This document shows positions 63,235-64,000 of a DNA stretch of 64,000 bases, one piece after another; position 1 is the first letter of the stretch, and the number at the start of each line of letters is the position of its first letter. A program made the translations under genes and the position numbers. The notes under the pieces are model-generated. The model searched no databases. It had not been told where the DNA came from and saw nothing but the letters and a program-made list of their open reading frames with translations. The DNA is taken from the NCBI GenBank assembly GCA_038087875.1, contig CM075988.1, positions 20,462,001-20,526,000 on the forward strand, written 5' to 3'. This DNA is from Malacoraja senta. Taxonomy: Eukaryota.

Positions 63235-64000
63235 AATTGTAATTAATTTGTAATTAATTTATTAGCCAAGTATGTAAACATACAAGGAATTTGATTTGCC
63301 AACAGTCATACAAAAAGCAACAAGATGTATAACCACATAAAAATTAAACATAGACTTAAACAGCCACCACAATGGCATGTGCGAATCCCCAGGGCGCACA
63401 GCATAAGCGGAGACCCACAGCCGTCAGTTCAATGTCCGAGCCACACAATCGCCCCTTCACCGTGATGTGACCAGAGTTGTACTGACCGCTGTCACTCTGC
63501 AGTCCCTGTCAGCCCAAACAGTCAGAAAGCCGTCCACACGCGCACTACACTCATGGAGATATGTCCCTGTAAAACACCGAGATCACTGCACTCACGGCAC
63601 TCCCTCCGAGTCCTCTCCAGTGCAGGCAGCACGTCCATCTTGTTTTTTCGGCGACCTCACATTCCCCACTGTGATGGAAGGCAAGTAACTTATACCTTCT
63701 TTCCCCCTTTTCTCCCGCAGTCGGGGCGGTCGAAACTTCCGCATTCTGGGATTGAATCTCCCGCAGTTGGCGATCGAAGCTCCTGCATCGGGGCGATAAA
63801 AGCTCCCGCGATCGGGGCGCTCGAAGTTCCTGCGGTTGGAGCTCCCGCAGTCGATCACTAACAAAAGGACCGCCTGCTCCACGATGTTAAAGCTGCAGTG
63901 CAGACGGACATACGATGGAAAAGTCGCACCTCCGTTGAGGAAAGAGATTAAAAAGATTTCCCCCAACCCCCCCTCCCCCACCTCCACCCCCACATAATAC
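63235..64000 (-). mobile_element. Internally deleted Rex-Babar derivative retaining the endonuclease N-terminus (runs off the window)
   Basis: YLPSITVGNVRSP / NKMDVL..ERTRRECRECS / VDGFLTVWADRDC / NSGHITVKGRLCGSDIELTAVGLR, then directly the 3' UTR and (AATT)n-like tail. Confidence 0.8.

Noticed and set aside
1..64000. CRISPR arrays, operons, rRNA
   Set aside because: No regularly spaced repeat-spacer array or prokaryotic gene organisation; the recurring motifs are dispersed eukaryotic transposons.

Overview
Eukaryotic, repeat-dense vertebrate DNA. It is very probably from a skate or ray (inference from abundant HE1/V-core tRNA-SINEs, HER1-type CR1 LINEs and Deu-domain SINE relics). I could not identify any host protein-coding gene, so this looks like a large intron or intergenic region; every recognisable protein fragment belongs to a mobile element. 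Main contents: a near-complete, very young CR1 LINE (53546-57388, minus); a 5'-truncated DIRS1-like tyrosine-recombinase retrotransposon with a perfect 79-bp terminal/ICR inverted repeat (23405-26708, minus); Penelope-like GIY-YIG relics plus dozens of short terminal units carrying a minimal hammerhead-ribozyme motif; six PIF/Harbinger-type MITEs; about 17 HE1 SINE copies; Rex-Babar 3' fragments and bipartite non-autonomous derivatives joined at a covarying hairpin; and a ~145-bp Vingi-like mini-retroelement with a damaged HDV-like ribozyme fold at its 5' end. Family names come from motif recognition, not database searches. Boundaries of old repeats are approximate.
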